Assembly: GCA_964643835.1 (NCBI GenBank)
Contig: CAZXVO010000003.1
Location: 1 to 43,300, forward strand
Length of the DNA: 43,300 bases
Direction of reading: 5' to 3'
Source of the DNA: an uncultured Phenylobacterium sp.
Lineage (GTDB): Bacteria; Pseudomonadota; Alphaproteobacteria; Caulobacterales; Caulobacteraceae
Position numbers and translations under genes: made by a program. This document shows, one piece after another, positions 29,260 through 39,472 of the stretch (position 1 is its first letter; each line of letters opens with the position of its first letter). Below the pieces are notes generated by a model that ran no database searches, was not told the DNA's origin, and saw only the letters and a list, made by a program, of their open reading frames with translations.

Positions 29260-29464
29260 ATGCAATTCCTTCCCTTGGGAGGCGCGATCGGCGCGCCTTC
29301 AGTCGAAAACACCCATCGCCAATCAATTCGCGAATGTAAAGCCCCAACCGACGTGGGGTCAGCAACGAAGGCCGCAGGCGCCTGCGGGACTCTCTCACGG
29401 CGCGAATTTCCAGGCCCTAGAAGGCCTCGCCAAGACCCGCGTTCCGCGTCTATGGGGTTCTCCC

Positions 29465-30430
29465 ATGAGCTTCTCCTTCGACGCCTTTGTCACCGCCGCC
29501 CTCTTTGACCGCACCGGCCAGGCCTATTTCGCCCTGGGGGACGGGACGGTCCGCCTGGGATCGGGTGAGACCTTGCAGGCCCATGATGGCGCGGTGCTCT
29601 GCGCCTGTCCGCACCCGTCGGGACAAGGGATTCTGAGCGGCGGCGACGATGGCCGGCTGGTCTGGACCAAGGCCGATGGCGTGACGGAAGTCGCGATCGA
29701 GAAGGGCCGCTGGATCGAGGCGGTGGACGCTTCCCCTGAGTCCGGCCTGATCGCCTTCGCCGCCGGGCGCAACGTGTTCGTCCGCGATGCAGCCGACGCC
29801 GCTTTCGCGCGCAGCTTCGCCCATGAGCGGACGGTCTCGCACCTGGCCTTCGATCCGAAAGGGCGTCGAATCGCCACGGCGACCTATGGCGGGGCCTGGC
29901 TCTGGTACGCCCGGATCGCCGAGCAGAAGCCGGTGGTGCTGAAATGGGCGGGCAGCCATGTGGGCGTGGCCTGGAGCCCGGACGGCAAGTTCCTGATGTC
30001 GGCCATGCAGGAAAACCAGCTGCATGGCTGGCGAGTCGCCGACGAGAAGAACCTGAAGATGGGCGGCTATCCGGCCAAGGTGAAGAGCCTGGCCTTCCTG
30101 GCCAAGGGCCAGATGCTGGCCACCTCCGGCGCCAATGGCGCGGTGATCTGGCCGTTCTCCGGCCCCACCGGCCCGCTGGGCAAGCAGGCCGCCGAGATCG
30201 GCTTCGACCAGACCGCCATGGTGGTGCGGGTGGCCGCGATTCCCACCGGCCAGAAGGTCGCCGCCGGCCTGGACGACGGCCGGGTCTGGGTCTGCGACCT
30301 GGCCACCCAGAAGATCGACATGCTCAAGGCCGACAAGGGCCCCGAAATCACCGCCCTCAACCTCAGCCCCGACGCCAAGCAGCTGGCCTGGGGCGACGAG
30401 GAGGGCGGCGCCGGGGTGGCGTCAATCTAA
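29465..30430 (+). CDS. WD40 repeat beta-propeller protein
   Basis: HDGAV...SGGDDGRLVW, AFDPKG, WSPDGK, LSPDAK repeats; ATG 29465 preferred over the longer ORF. Confidence 0.9.
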   Translation: MSFSFDAFVTAALFDRTGQAYFALGDGTVRLGSGETLQAHDGAVLCACPHPSGQGILSGGDDGRLVWTKADGVTEVAIEKGRWIEAVDASPESGLIAFAAGRNVFVRDAADAAFARSFAHERTVSHLAFDPKGRRIATATYGGAWLWYARIAEQKPVVLKWAGSHVGVAWSPDGKFLMSAMQENQLHGWRVADEKNLKMGGYPAKVKSLAFLAKGQMLATSGANGAVIWPFSGPTGPLGKQAAEIGFDQTAMVVRVAAIPTGQKVAAGLDDGRVWVCDLATQKIDMLKADKGPEITALNLSPDAKQLAWGDEEGGAGVASI

Positions 30431-31104
30431 CGCGTGGGGGGGCAGTCAAACCCCCGCAGTTCCCCCCACACCTCGAAGGGATCACGCGCCGAGCGCAGGG
30501 TGTTGATCGGGGCGTCCGGATCGCGCCAGCCCAGGGCCATGCCGGAGAACAGCATGTGGTCCTCAGGTAGGCCCAGGACCTCGGCGACGGTCTTCGGATA
30601 GCGGGCCCAGTACTCCTGGGCGCAGGTGTCCAGGCCGGCCTCGACAGCCAGCAGCATCACGGTCTGCATGTACATGCCCAGGTCCGACCACTGGGGCGGG
30701 CCGAGCTTGCGGTCCAGGCAGAAGAACAGGCCGACCGGCGCGCCGAACAATTCGCCGTTCTTGGCCAGCTGGCGCAGGCGGGCGGCCTTGTCCTCGCGCG
30801 GGATGCCGATGCTGGCGTAGAGGTCCTCGCCGTTCTGGAACCGCCGGGTGCGGAAGGGGTCCCAGAGATTGGGCGGATAGACGTCGTACTCCGGCTCCTC
30901 GCCGAAGGGATTGGCGGCCACCTTGGCCTTCAGGTCGGCGAGGGCCGAACCGGCCAGGGCGTAGACCGTCCAGGGCTGCAGATTGCCCCCGGACGGGGCG
31001 CGGGCGGCCTTCTCCAGGATCTCGCGCACGGTGGCGGCGGGCGGGGTGTCGGGCTTGAAGGCGCGGATGGAGATCCGCTGCGCAACGGCCTGGCTGACGT
31101 CCAT
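30427..31104 (-). CDS. Nitroreductase family protein
   Basis: RISIRAF, APSGGNLQPW, FGAP, DLGMYMQTVML, GMALGW. Confidence 0.93.
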   Translation of the reverse strand: MDVSQAVAQRISIRAFKPDTPPAATVREILEKAARAPSGGNLQPWTVYALAGSALADLKAKVAANPFGEEPEYDVYPPNLWDPFRTRRFQNGEDLYASIGIPREDKAARLRQLAKNGELFGAPVGLFFCLDRKLGPPQWSDLGMYMQTVMLLAVEAGLDTCAQEYWARYPKTVAEVLGLPEDHMLFSGMALGWRDPDAPINTLRSARDPFEVWGELRGFDCPPTR

Positions 31105-31185
31105 GGGAATTCCCTTCCTCGGCGCGCCCGCTTGATGCGGGCTTTCGCCCTGGGTTAGCACTGGGCCTCTAGGTCAAGGCAAGGC

Positions 31186-32055
31186 TTGAACGCATTGAAT
31201 GATCCCCGCGACCCGCAGGACGGCCCCACCGAGGGCCTGCGCCTGACCAGCCATGAGACCGGCGGCGATTTCCGCGACGCCGGCCTGGGCGGCCTGTCGC
31301 TGGAGCCTAGGGGCGCCGCGGCCGGCGGCGAGACCCCGCGGATCGACATGCGCGAGGAGCGTCCCAAGCGCAGCCTCAAGGGCCGGATCGGTCGCATGGC
31401 CCTGCTGCTGTTCGTGATCTTTGGCGTCGCTGGCCCGATCCTGACCGTCGCCGTCTATCGCGTGGTGCCGCCGCCGATCACCTGGCTGATGGTGCAAAGG
31501 CTGTTCGAGGGCCGTGGTTTCCACCGCGACTGGGTGCCCATCAGCTCGATCTCGCCCACCCTGACCCAGTCGGTGATCGCCGCCGAGGACGCCCGGTTCT
31601 GCGAGCACAGCGGCTTCGACTTCGGCGCCATGCAAAAGGCCTTTGCGCACAACGAGCGCTCCAGCCGGATCCGCGGCGGTTCAACCATCAGCCAGCAGAC
31701 GGCCAAGAACGTCTTCCTGTGGCCGGACCGGTCCTATGTCCGCAAAGGGCTCGAGGCCTATTTCACCGTCCTGATCGAGACCCTGTGGGGCAAGCAGCGG
31801 ATCATGGAGGTCTATCTGAACAGCGTCGAATGGGGTCCGGGCGTCTATGGCGCCGAGGCCGCGGCGCGGAAGAACTTCGGGGTCAGCGCGTCCAAGCTCA
31901 GCCGGGCCCAAGCCGCCCGCCTGGCCGCCATCCTGCCCAGCCCCCTGAAGTGGCGGGCCGCCGCGCCGGGGCCTTATGTGAAGCGCCGCTCCGGCAAGAT
32001 CGCCAAGGCCGCCGGCGCCGTGCGCCGCGACGACCTGGCGGCGTGCGTGCTGTAA
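31186..32055 (+). CDS. mtgA: Monofunctional biosynthetic peptidoglycan transglycosylase
   Basis: [48 protein letters not shown]. Start may be downstream. Confidence 0.94.
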   Translation: MNALNDPRDPQDGPTEGLRLTSHETGGDFRDAGLGGLSLEPRGAAAGGETPRIDMREERPKRSLKGRIGRMALLLFVIFGVAGPILTVAVYRVVPPPITWLMVQRLFEGRGFHRDWVPISSISPTLTQSVIAAEDARFCEHSGFDFGAMQKAFAHNERSSRIRGGSTISQQTAKNVFLWPDRSYVRKGLEAYFTVLIETLWGKQRIMEVYLNSVEWGPGVYGAEAAARKNFGVSASKLSRAQAARLAAILPSPLKWRAAAPGPYVKRRSGKIAKAAGAVRRDDLAACVL

Positions 32056-32072
32056 AATTTCAGCGGACGGGC

Positions 32073-32945
32073 CTAGGCCGCCGCCCAGGCGCGGGGGTCG
32101 AGGGCGACCGGATCGTCGATAGCCATCTCGTCCCAGTCGAGGTCCGGCGGCGGATTGGCGCCGGCGGCGATGACCGCGTTTAGTTCGGCCGTGGAGGCCA
32201 CGCCCACCAGCACGGTGTGAGCCTCCGGCCGCGACAGGGCGAAGCCCAGGGCGGCCTGCAGGGGATCGGAGCGGCCCTCGGCGATCAGCCGGCGGGCGCG
32301 GGAGATGCGGGCGGCGGCGGCCTTCAGGTGGTTCGGCGCGCGATCCGGCGGCAGCAGCAACAGGCCGTTCAGGAAGATCGAGCGCAGGTGCACCTGGATG
32401 CCCATCTCGGCGATGGCGGCCAGTGTCCCGTCGACGATCAGCCGCTGGTCCAGCAGGCTGGCCGGCGCCTGGACCACGTCCGGGCGGAAGCGGCGGGCGA
32501 CGCCCAGCGGATCGTCAGAGGCGAAGACGGCGACGCCGATCTTGCGGGTGACGCCCTGGTCCTTCAGCGCCTTCAGCCGGTCCCAGAGGGCCGCGCCGTG
32601 CGGGCCGAACAGTTCCGACGCCGAGGGCACCATGATGCATTCGGCCTGCTCGACGCCCATGCGGCGCAGGGCGGCGCGGGCCTCGGCCTCCACCAGATCG
32701 GCGCCGCGATCGGCGCGCACCGTGGAGATGCAGATATCAAAGGGGTTGGGCCGGGGCAGGATGTCGCCCAGGGCTGCGTCGGACTGCGGCGAGTAGCCGG
32801 CGATGTCCAGCATGGTGAGCCGCGTGCGGGCGGCGATCTCCAGCATGTCGCGCACCTCGGCCGAGCGCGGGCGTCCGCGGACGCTCGTCTGGTCGAGGGC
32901 GAACTGGCCGGAGCCAATGCCGAGTTTGGACAGAGGAGAAACCAT
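32073..32945 (-). CDS. kidO: Aldo/keto reductase-fold protein, KidO-like cell-cycle regulator
   Basis: KLGIGSGQF, KIGV, VVQAP...DQR, VHLRSIFLNGLL, VLVGV; ends in ...AAA (ClpXP-type degron); CtrA-like box upstream. The kidO assignment is from recollection. Confidence 0.72.
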   Translation of the reverse strand: MVSPLSKLGIGSGQFALDQTSVRGRPRSAEVRDMLEIAARTRLTMLDIAGYSPQSDAALGDILPRPNPFDICISTVRADRGADLVEAEARAALRRMGVEQAECIMVPSASELFGPHGAALWDRLKALKDQGVTRKIGVAVFASDDPLGVARRFRPDVVQAPASLLDQRLIVDGTLAAIAEMGIQVHLRSIFLNGLLLLPPDRAPNHLKAAAARISRARRLIAEGRSDPLQAALGFALSRPEAHTVLVGVASTAELNAVIAAGANPPPDLDWDEMAIDDPVALDPRAWAAA

Positions 32946-33017
32946 CACCAACGCAGGTTTGTGACCTTGTGTGTCCCCACATTGGCGCAAAGGCCTAAAG
33001 AACCGGTGTCTGAAGCC

Positions 33018-33032
33018 TTTATGGGGGGTTAA
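33018..33032. promoter_or_regulatory. CtrA-like site upstream of the kidO-like gene
   Basis: TTTA-TGGGGGG-TTAA, one mismatch to TTAA-N7-TTAA. Confidence 0.5.
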
Positions 33033-33042
33033 ACTGGACCGG

Positions 33043-33996
33043 ATGAGAGAACCCCTGCCCGAGTGGCCGATGTTCGGCCTGGCCGAGGATGTCCGGCCCG
33101 CCCTACGCCAAGCCCGACAAGGGAATTCGCCCCTGGTCCTGGCTACCTTGACCGCCGTTGAGGGCGGTGGACCGCGCCCGCCGGGGACCCAGATGGTTTT
33201 CGCCGACGGTGTGGTCGCCGGTTATTTTTCCGGCGGCTGCGTGGAAAGCGATGTGGCCGACCACGCCTTCGCCTGCTTGGCCGATGGCGAGCCCCGCACC
33301 CTGGTCTATGGCGCCGGCAGCCCCTGGCCGGATATCCGCCTGCTCTGCGGCGCGCGGATTGAGATCTTCCTGGAAAAGGTCGAGGCGGACGATCCGGCCC
33401 TCGCCGCTCTGCTGGACGCTGAGGTTGCGCGCGAGCCCTGCCTATGGGTCAGCGATGGCCGCCGCCGCTGGTGCGGGCCGCCGGACCAGGCACCCAACAT
33501 TTCCGCCGCGGTGTCCCGGGCCTATGGGCCGGTTCCCAGGCTGGTGGTGTTCGGATCGGACCCGACGGCCATCGCCATCGCCACCCTGGGCGTCCATAGC
33601 GGCTTTGCGACCACCCTGGTGCGGCCCAAGGGGCCGGAGACCCCGCCGCCGGTTCCCGGCCTGGCCTATCGCCGGGACGAGCCCGATCAGGCCCTGGCGG
33701 CCATCGGTTGCGACGCCTGGACCGCGGTCGCCATCGCCACCCACAGCCTGGAGCTCGACCAGGCGGCCCTGGCCGCGGCCCTGCCGTCGCCGGCCGGCTA
33801 TGTGGGTCTGCTCGGCGCGCGGCGTCGGCTGCCGGAACGCCTGGCGCCCCTGCGCGCCGCCGGCGTGGCCGAGGCGGTGCTGACCCGCGTCCACGCCCCC
33901 ATCGGCCTGGACATTGGCGGCAAGGCCCCCTGGGAGGTCGCGGTCTCGGTGATCGGCCAGATCATGGCCCTGCGCCACGCCCAGGTTCCGGCCTGA
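33043..33996 (+). CDS. xdhC: XdhC/CoxI family molybdoenzyme maturation factor
   Basis: GGGPRPPGTQM, SGGCVE, CGARI, YVGLLGARR, HAPIGLDIGG..P.EVAVSV. Confidence 0.88.
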   Translation: MREPLPEWPMFGLAEDVRPALRQARQGNSPLVLATLTAVEGGGPRPPGTQMVFADGVVAGYFSGGCVESDVADHAFACLADGEPRTLVYGAGSPWPDIRLLCGARIEIFLEKVEADDPALAALLDAEVAREPCLWVSDGRRRWCGPPDQAPNISAAVSRAYGPVPRLVVFGSDPTAIAIATLGVHSGFATTLVRPKGPETPPPVPGLAYRRDEPDQALAAIGCDAWTAVAIATHSLELDQAALAAALPSPAGYVGLLGARRRLPERLAPLRAAGVAEAVLTRVHAPIGLDIGGKAPWEVAVSVIGQIMALRHAQVPA

Positions 33997-33998
33997 GA

Positions 33999-35627
33999 CT
34001 AAGCCTGATCGGCGGCCCGCGGCAGGGGCAGCTCCACATGGAACAGCGAGCCGCGGCCGAGCTGGCTGGTCACCCCGATCTTGCCGCCCATCAGCTCCAC
34101 CAGGTCGTGGCAGATGGCCAGGCCCAGCCCCGCGCCCTCGTGTGGGCGGGTGAAGGACGGGTCGACCTGTGAGAAGACCTTGAACAACCGAGGCAGGTCC
34201 CGCGGCGCGACGCCGGGGCCGGTGTCCTCCACCTCGATCCGCACCTTGCCGTCGGCCAGGGTGGCGCGCACCTCGACCCGGCCGACCGGCGTGAGCTTGA
34301 CAGCGTTGGCGACCAGGTTGCTTAGCACCTGACGGATGCGGGTGGCGTCGCCCAGCCATAGGCCCTTGAGCTGCGGGGCGACCTCGACCTCGAAGTCCAG
34401 GTGCTTGGCGGCGGCGGAGCCCGAAAACATGCCGCAGACGGAGTGGACCAGCTCGGGCAGGTCGAAGGGCTCGGGGCGCAGCTGCACCCGGCCGCCTTCC
34501 AGCCGGGCCGCCTCGATCACCCCGTTCAACAGGGTGAGCAGGGCCTCGGCCGAGCTCTGCACGATCTTCAGACGCTCGGCCTGGCGGGGCGGCAACTCGT
34601 CGGCGGCCATGACCTGGGCCATGCCCAGCACCCCGTTCAGCGGCGTGCGGATCTCGTGGCTCATATTGGCCAGGAACAGGGTCTTGGCGGCGTTGGCCGC
34701 CTCGGCCTCAATCTTGGCGGCCCTCAGGGTCTCGGCGTCGCGCATCATCCGGCGCAGGGCGGCTGTGACCGAGGACCCGATCACCAGACTGGCCGCCACC
34801 ATCAGCGTGGCCAGAAGGCCGAGCCAGGGCCCCGCGATCGCGATCATGCCCTTGCCCGGGCTGGCGGCGGCGAAGGTCAGGACGCCGACGGGCTTTCCGT
34901 CGAAGTCGAGCAGGGGCACGGTCGGCTGGACGTGAGCTTCCGCCGGCTCCAGCCGCAGGCCGCTGACCCCCAGGTCCTGCTGGGTTGTCTTGAGGAAGTC
35001 GCTGTTCAGCCGCTTGACGGAGACGACGACGGCGGTCGCGCCGGGACGGTCGCCGGACACGCCCTCGGACACGATGGCGGCCACGGCGGTCAGGTAGATG
35101 TCGCCGCCGGACTTCAAGAGCCCATGGCGCTCGGCTTCCCCCTCAAGCCCCCGCCGCCCGGTGGCCCGGATCGCATCGGCGGCCTGCGCCGTCTCAGCCG
35201 TCAGGCGGGCCGTGTCCCGGGGCAGGTCGCCCAGAACCTTGGGTGTCACCCGCGCGCCGCTGTGCGAGGCGTAGATCACCTCGCCGCTGCGCACCACGAA
35301 GGTCAGGTCATGGCCGAAATAGCGGTGGTAGTAGTCGGCGAAATTGATGTCGGCCCAAGCCATGTCCGGGCTGCCCGACATCTTGTCCACCGCCTCGTCC
35401 CAGACCGTGGCGGAGGACACCTCGTGCGCCATCCGCTCCAGGTCGCGGCTGATGGTGCGCCGGATCAGAGCCCGCTCATCCTCCAGCGCCAGGCGGTCCA
35501 CCGAATGAATGGACATCAGCAACAGGGCGACCCCGCCGGCCAGCGAGGCGACCACCAGCACAAGGGCGGAGGCGGCGATCCAGAAAAAGGGACGAGAAGC
35601 TTCTCTTGGCTCAGACGTGGGCGTCAT
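33999..35627 (-). CDS. Sensor histidine kinase with CHASE4-like periplasmic domain, no receiver domain
   Basis: TM, ATVWDE CHASE4 motif, TM, FLANMSHEIRTPLNG H-box, NLVANAVK, DTGPG, GAGLGL. Confidence 0.9.
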   Translation of the reverse strand: MTPTSEPREASRPFFWIAASALVLVVASLAGGVALLLMSIHSVDRLALEDERALIRRTISRDLERMAHEVSSATVWDEAVDKMSGSPDMAWADINFADYYHRYFGHDLTFVVRSGEVIYASHSGARVTPKVLGDLPRDTARLTAETAQAADAIRATGRRGLEGEAERHGLLKSGGDIYLTAVAAIVSEGVSGDRPGATAVVVSVKRLNSDFLKTTQQDLGVSGLRLEPAEAHVQPTVPLLDFDGKPVGVLTFAAASPGKGMIAIAGPWLGLLATLMVAASLVIGSSVTAALRRMMRDAETLRAAKIEAEAANAAKTLFLANMSHEIRTPLNGVLGMAQVMAADELPPRQAERLKIVQSSAEALLTLLNGVIEAARLEGGRVQLRPEPFDLPELVHSVCGMFSGSAAAKHLDFEVEVAPQLKGLWLGDATRIRQVLSNLVANAVKLTPVGRVEVRATLADGKVRIEVEDTGPGVAPRDLPRLFKVFSQVDPSFTRPHEGAGLGLAICHDLVELMGGKIGVTSQLGRGSLFHVELPLPRAADQA

Positions 35628-35716
35628 GGCGGACCTATAGCTCAGGAGGCCTTAAGCCATTTGACCTGGGTCGAAGACCAGGGGTGGGCGCGTCGCTTCG
35701 CCGCGGTGAGGCCGCC

Positions 35717-35783
35717 TAAGCGCGGGCTTATTCGCCCCGGCGTAAGCGCCAGGAGAATGGTCCGGCGCGTCGGCCTGGCGCTT
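35717..35783. promoter_or_regulatory. Palindromes upstream of the PepSY-cytochrome b-LuxR operon
   Basis: TAAGC-GCGG-GCTTA (35717-35730), repeat TAAGCGC at 35743, 10-bp IR AAGCGCCAGG/CCTGGCGCTT (35744-35783). Confidence 0.4.
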
Positions 35784-35814
35784 CTGGGGTCTGTCGCAAC
35801 TGATGGAGCCCTCC

Positions 35815-36114
35815 ATGCGCATCCTCTCGATCCTGATCCCCCTGGCCCTCGCCGCCAGCCCAGCCCTTGCCCAGCCTCCCCTCGCCCAGCCCCGCGTCGG
35901 CGATGTGCTCGGCCCAGACCGCGCCCGCGCCGAGGCCGCCCTCGCGGCCCAGGGCTACAAGCTCACCGAATATGAGGCCGAGAAGGGCCGCATTGAACTC
36001 AAGGCGGTCCGCAAGGATCCCAAGGACGCCAAGACCCCGGAACGGCTCGAACTGGTCGCCGACGGGCGCACCGGCGCGGTGATCCGCATCGAGCGTGAGG
36101 GAGACCACAGGTGA
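35815..36114 (+). CDS. PepSY domain exported protein
   Basis: Signal peptide (ASPALA-Q), LAAQGY...EYEAEKGRIEL...ELVADGRTGAVI. Confidence 0.8.
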   Translation: MRILSILIPLALAASPALAQPPLAQPRVGDVLGPDRARAEAALAAQGYKLTEYEAEKGRIELKAVRKDPKDAKTPERLELVADGRTGAVIRIEREGDHR

Positions 36115-36752
36115 CCGGCGCCGTAGCCGCGCGCCGCCGCTGGGATCCCCTGGTCCGCCTGACCCACTGGAGCGTCGCCGCCGCGGTGGTGATCAACCGG
36201 CTGGTGACCGAGGGCGGCTCTCAGGCCCACGTCTGGATCGGGCTGGCGGTGGCGGGCCTGCTCGCCCTGCGCCTGGTCTGGGGCTTCATCGGCCCTGCCG
36301 AGGCGCGGTTCTCGTCCTTTCCGCCCAGTCCCGGCCGGGCGATGGCGCACATCGCCGACATCCGGGCGGGCCGCCACGTCCAGCACAGGTCGCACAACCC
36401 GCTGGGCGCGCTGATGGCCTATGCGCTGTGGGCGACCCTGGCGGTCACCATCGCCAGCGGGATCGCCATGACCGGCCTGCCGCCCAAGATCCACGCTGAG
36501 GGTGGCGAAGGCCCGCCGGCCGCCTCCGCCTCGGTCGGCGAGGCGGGGGAGGAGGCCGAAGGCGAGGAAGAGAGTGAAAGCGAAGGCGAGGGCCAGGAAG
36601 GCGCGGCTGAGGAGATCCATGAAATCGCCGCCAATCTGCTGCTGGTCCTGGCAGCCCTGCACCTGGTCGGCGTCGCCTTCGAGACCCGTCGTAGCGGTCG
36701 TCAGATCGTCACCGCGATGATAGGCGGAGGGGACAAGCCCAAGGAGCCCTGA
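36111..36752 (+). CDS. Cytochrome b/b6 (Ni-hydrogenase b-type/b561-like) membrane protein
   Basis: WDPLVRLTHW, HVWIG, RLVWGFIG..ARF, HNPLGA, EIHE, LHLVGV: four heme-ligand His. Confidence 0.88.
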   Translation: MTGAVAARRRWDPLVRLTHWSVAAAVVINRLVTEGGSQAHVWIGLAVAGLLALRLVWGFIGPAEARFSSFPPSPGRAMAHIADIRAGRHVQHRSHNPLGALMAYALWATLAVTIASGIAMTGLPPKIHAEGGEGPPAASASVGEAGEEAEGEEESESEGEGQEGAAEEIHEIAANLLLVLAALHLVGVAFETRRSGRQIVTAMIGGGDKPKEP

Positions 36753-37273
36753 TGGCCCAACTCCGGCCCGCTCGGACCGCCTCTGGAGACCGCCTCGCCC
36801 GGGCGGTCTCCTTCGTCGTGGCCCTGCAGGCGGTGGCGGCGGTGTTCTTCATCGTCGACGCCGCGGCCGATATCCGCGAGACCGGCCCCAGCCCGCATGT
36901 GGTGGTCGAGGCGATCATCGCCGCCGCCCTGCTGGGCGGGGTGGTGGTGGGCGCCCTGCAGGTGCGCCGGATGTGGACCGAAGGGCGGCGGCGCCAGGCG
37001 GCCCTGGCGGTGGCGGCCGGGGCGCTCAGCGAGGTCGCGGCGCAGAAGTTCCGGGACTGGAAGCTGACGCCGGCCGAAGCTGACGTCGCCATCTTCGCCC
37101 TCAAGGGCCTCGACGTGGCCGAGATCGCCGCCCTGCGGGGCTCCGCGGCCGGGACCGTGCGGGCCCAGCTGACGCGGGTCTATGAGAAGGCCGGGGTCAA
37201 TTCCCGCGCGGGCCTTGCCACCCTGTTCCTGGAGGACCTGATGGCCGAGCCCCTGGTCCCGCCCCAAATCTAG
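36752..37273 (+). CDS. Membrane-anchored LuxR-type HTH regulator
   Basis: Two N-terminal TM helices, then WKLTPAEADVA...KG...EIA.LRGSAAGTVRAQLTRVYEKAGVNSR. Confidence 0.88.
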   Translation: MAQLRPARTASGDRLARAVSFVVALQAVAAVFFIVDAAADIRETGPSPHVVVEAIIAAALLGGVVVGALQVRRMWTEGRRRQAALAVAAGALSEVAAQKFRDWKLTPAEADVAIFALKGLDVAEIAALRGSAAGTVRAQLTRVYEKAGVNSRAGLATLFLEDLMAEPLVPPQI

Positions 37274-38460
37274 CCCCGCGCCAGAGGCAGGATGTCCACC
37301 AGATCGCCCGCGTGGGCCGTGGGTGCGCCGGCCGGACGTCGGACCAGGGCGTCGGCGGTGGCGAACACTGAGACCAGGGACGAGTCCTGGTCGCTGAACG
37401 GTGCGGCGAAGACCATGCCCTCGCGGCTCTCCAGCCGGGCCCGCATCCAGTGCTCGCGCGGCCCGTTGGCCGGCAGGGCGGCCGCCAGTCTGGCGCTGAC
37501 CAGCCGGGGTTCGGCCGGCGCGCCTGAGAAGGCCTCGATCAGCGGCTTCAAGAACAGCTCGGCGCAGACGAAGGCCGAGGCTGGATTGCCCGGCAAGCCC
37601 AGCATCCGGCGGCCATCGGCCAGCACGCCGAAGAAGGTCGGCTTGCCCGGCCGCACCGCGACGCTGGAGACCTTCATCGACAGACCGAGCGCTTCTCCGG
37701 CGGCCCGGACCAGGTCGTGGTCGCCTACCGACGCGCCGCCAACCGTGACGATCAGGTCGGCGTCGGCCCCGCGCAGGGCCTCGATCACCGCGTCCAGCTG
37801 GTCGCGCACGGGCTTGGCGCGGATGACGCTAGCGCCCCAGCCTTCCAGCATGGCGGCCAGACCCGGCGTGCCGGAATCATAGATCTGGAAACGGCCGGGA
37901 TCGGCCGGTGGCTCGACGATCTCCTCGCCGGTGGAGACCAGGGCCACGCGGGGCCGGTCGTGGACCAGCAGCATCTCGCGTCCCGCCGCGGCCGCCAGGG
38001 CCAGCCGCCAGGGATCGATGCGCAGGCCGCGGGTCAAGAGCACCTGTTCGGCGCGGAAGTCGCCGCCCTGGGGCCGGATATAAGCGCCAGGCTGGGCGGC
38101 GGGGACGGTGAGGCTGTCGCCCTCGCGGGTCGCATCCTCCTGGATGACGATGGTGTCGGCGCCGGCGGGCAGGGCCGCGCCGGTGAAGATGCGGACCACT
38201 TCGCCGGGCTGGAGGACCGGATCGAAACCGTGACCAGCGGCGCTTTCGCCGACGATGCGCAAAGCCCCTGGCGCGTCCGCGCTGCGCAGGGCCCAGCCGT
38301 CCATGGCCGAGGCCGCGAAGGGCGGCTGGTCGCGCAAGGCCTCGACGTCCTCGGCCAGGATGCGGCCGATGGCGCGGGCCAGGGGCACGGTCTCAGCCGG
38401 CAGGGGCGGGACCTCAGCCAGCATGGCGGCGCGGGCCGCCTCCACCGTCATCAGCTTCAT
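37270..38460 (-). CDS. moeA: Molybdopterin molybdotransferase
   Basis: [50 protein letters not shown]. Confidence 0.96.
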   Translation of the reverse strand: MKLMTVEAARAAMLAEVPPLPAETVPLARAIGRILAEDVEALRDQPPFAASAMDGWALRSADAPGALRIVGESAAGHGFDPVLQPGEVVRIFTGAALPAGADTIVIQEDATREGDSLTVPAAQPGAYIRPQGGDFRAEQVLLTRGLRIDPWRLALAAAAGREMLLVHDRPRVALVSTGEEIVEPPADPGRFQIYDSGTPGLAAMLEGWGASVIRAKPVRDQLDAVIEALRGADADLIVTVGGASVGDHDLVRAAGEALGLSMKVSSVAVRPGKPTFFGVLADGRRMLGLPGNPASAFVCAELFLKPLIEAFSGAPAEPRLVSARLAAALPANGPREHWMRARLESREGMVFAAPFSDQDSSLVSVFATADALVRRPAGAPTAHAGDLVDILPLARG

Positions 38461-38927
38461 GCGCGAACCCAGTCGCCGGACTTGCCGCCGGACTTGGCGA
38501 GTAGGCGCACGGCCTCGATGGTCATGGCCTTATCGGCGGCCTTCAACATGTCATAGACGGTCAGGCAGGCCACGGAGACGGCGGTCAGCGCCTCCATCTC
38601 CACGCCGGTCTGGCCGGTGGTGCGGGCCCGCGCCGTGACCTTCAGACCGCCGTCGCCCGGCTTAACCCGGACCTCGACCTTGGTCAGCGCCAGGGGGTGG
38701 CAGAGCGGGATCAGCTCCGACGTCTTCTTGGCGGCCATGATGCCGGCGATCTCGGCCGTGGCCCGGACGTCACCCTTCTTGGCGTCGCCGGCCAGGGCCA
38801 GGGCCAGGGTCTCCGGGGCCATGGCGACGAAGCCCTCGGCCACCGCCTCGCGCGCGGTGGAGGCCTTGTCCGAGACGTCGACCATATGGGCGCGGCCGGT
38901 CTCGTCGATGTGGGTGAGCTTGCTCAC
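38457..38927 (-). CDS. moaC: Cyclic pyranopterin monophosphate synthase
   Basis: [46 protein letters not shown]. Confidence 0.98.
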   Translation of the reverse strand: MSKLTHIDETGRAHMVDVSDKASTAREAVAEGFVAMAPETLALALAGDAKKGDVRATAEIAGIMAAKKTSELIPLCHPLALTKVEVRVKPGDGGLKVTARARTTGQTGVEMEALTAVSVACLTVYDMLKAADKAMTIEAVRLLAKSGGKSGDWVRA

Positions 38928-39472
38928 TTCTCCAGCAGCCTCGGCATCAGCTCGACCATGTTGCAGGGCATGTGGCGGCTGTCGAGCTGACCGGAGATCA
39001 CCTTGTCCCAGCCGTCCTTCACCGCCCCGTTGGAGCCTGGCAGGCAGAAGACGAAAACCCCGTCGATGATGCCGGCGGTGGCGCGGCTCTGCAGGGTCGA
39101 CAGCCCCACCGACTGGTAGCTGACCAGGTGGAAGACCACGGAGAAGCCGTCGATCTTCTTGTCGAACAGCGGCTCCAGGGCTTCCGGCGTCACGTCGCGG
39201 CCGGTGATGCCGGTGCCGCCGGTGGTGATGATCGCGTCGATGGCCTTGGACGCGATCCAGGCCTTCACCTGGGCGCGGATCTCTTCGACGTCGTCCTTGA
39301 CCACGGCGCGCTCGGCCAGTTCGTGGCCATAGTCGGTGATGCGCCCGGCCAGGATCTTGCCGGAGGTGTCGCTCTCGACATCGCGGGTGTCCGAGACGGT
39401 CAGCACGGCGATGCGCACCGGCTTGAGCGGCAGGCTGTCCTCGATCCGCCCGCCGAAGGTGATGGTGCTCAT
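38924..39472 (-). CDS. moaB: Molybdenum cofactor biosynthesis protein B
   Basis: [41 protein letters not shown]; ATG 39472 overlaps the moaE stop. Confidence 0.95.
   Translation of the reverse strand: MSTITFGGRIEDSLPLKPVRIAVLTVSDTRDVESDTSGKILAGRITDYGHELAERAVVKDDVEEIRAQVKAWIASKAIDAIITTGGTGITGRDVTPEALEPLFDKKIDGFSVVFHLVSYQSVGLSTLQSRATAGIIDGVFVFCLPGSNGAVKDGWDKVISGQLDSRHMPCNMVELMPRLLEK

Noticed and set aside
28961-29464. N-terminal extension of the WD40 ORF
   Set aside because: It overlaps exbD on the opposite strand; ATG 29465 fits the propeller start.
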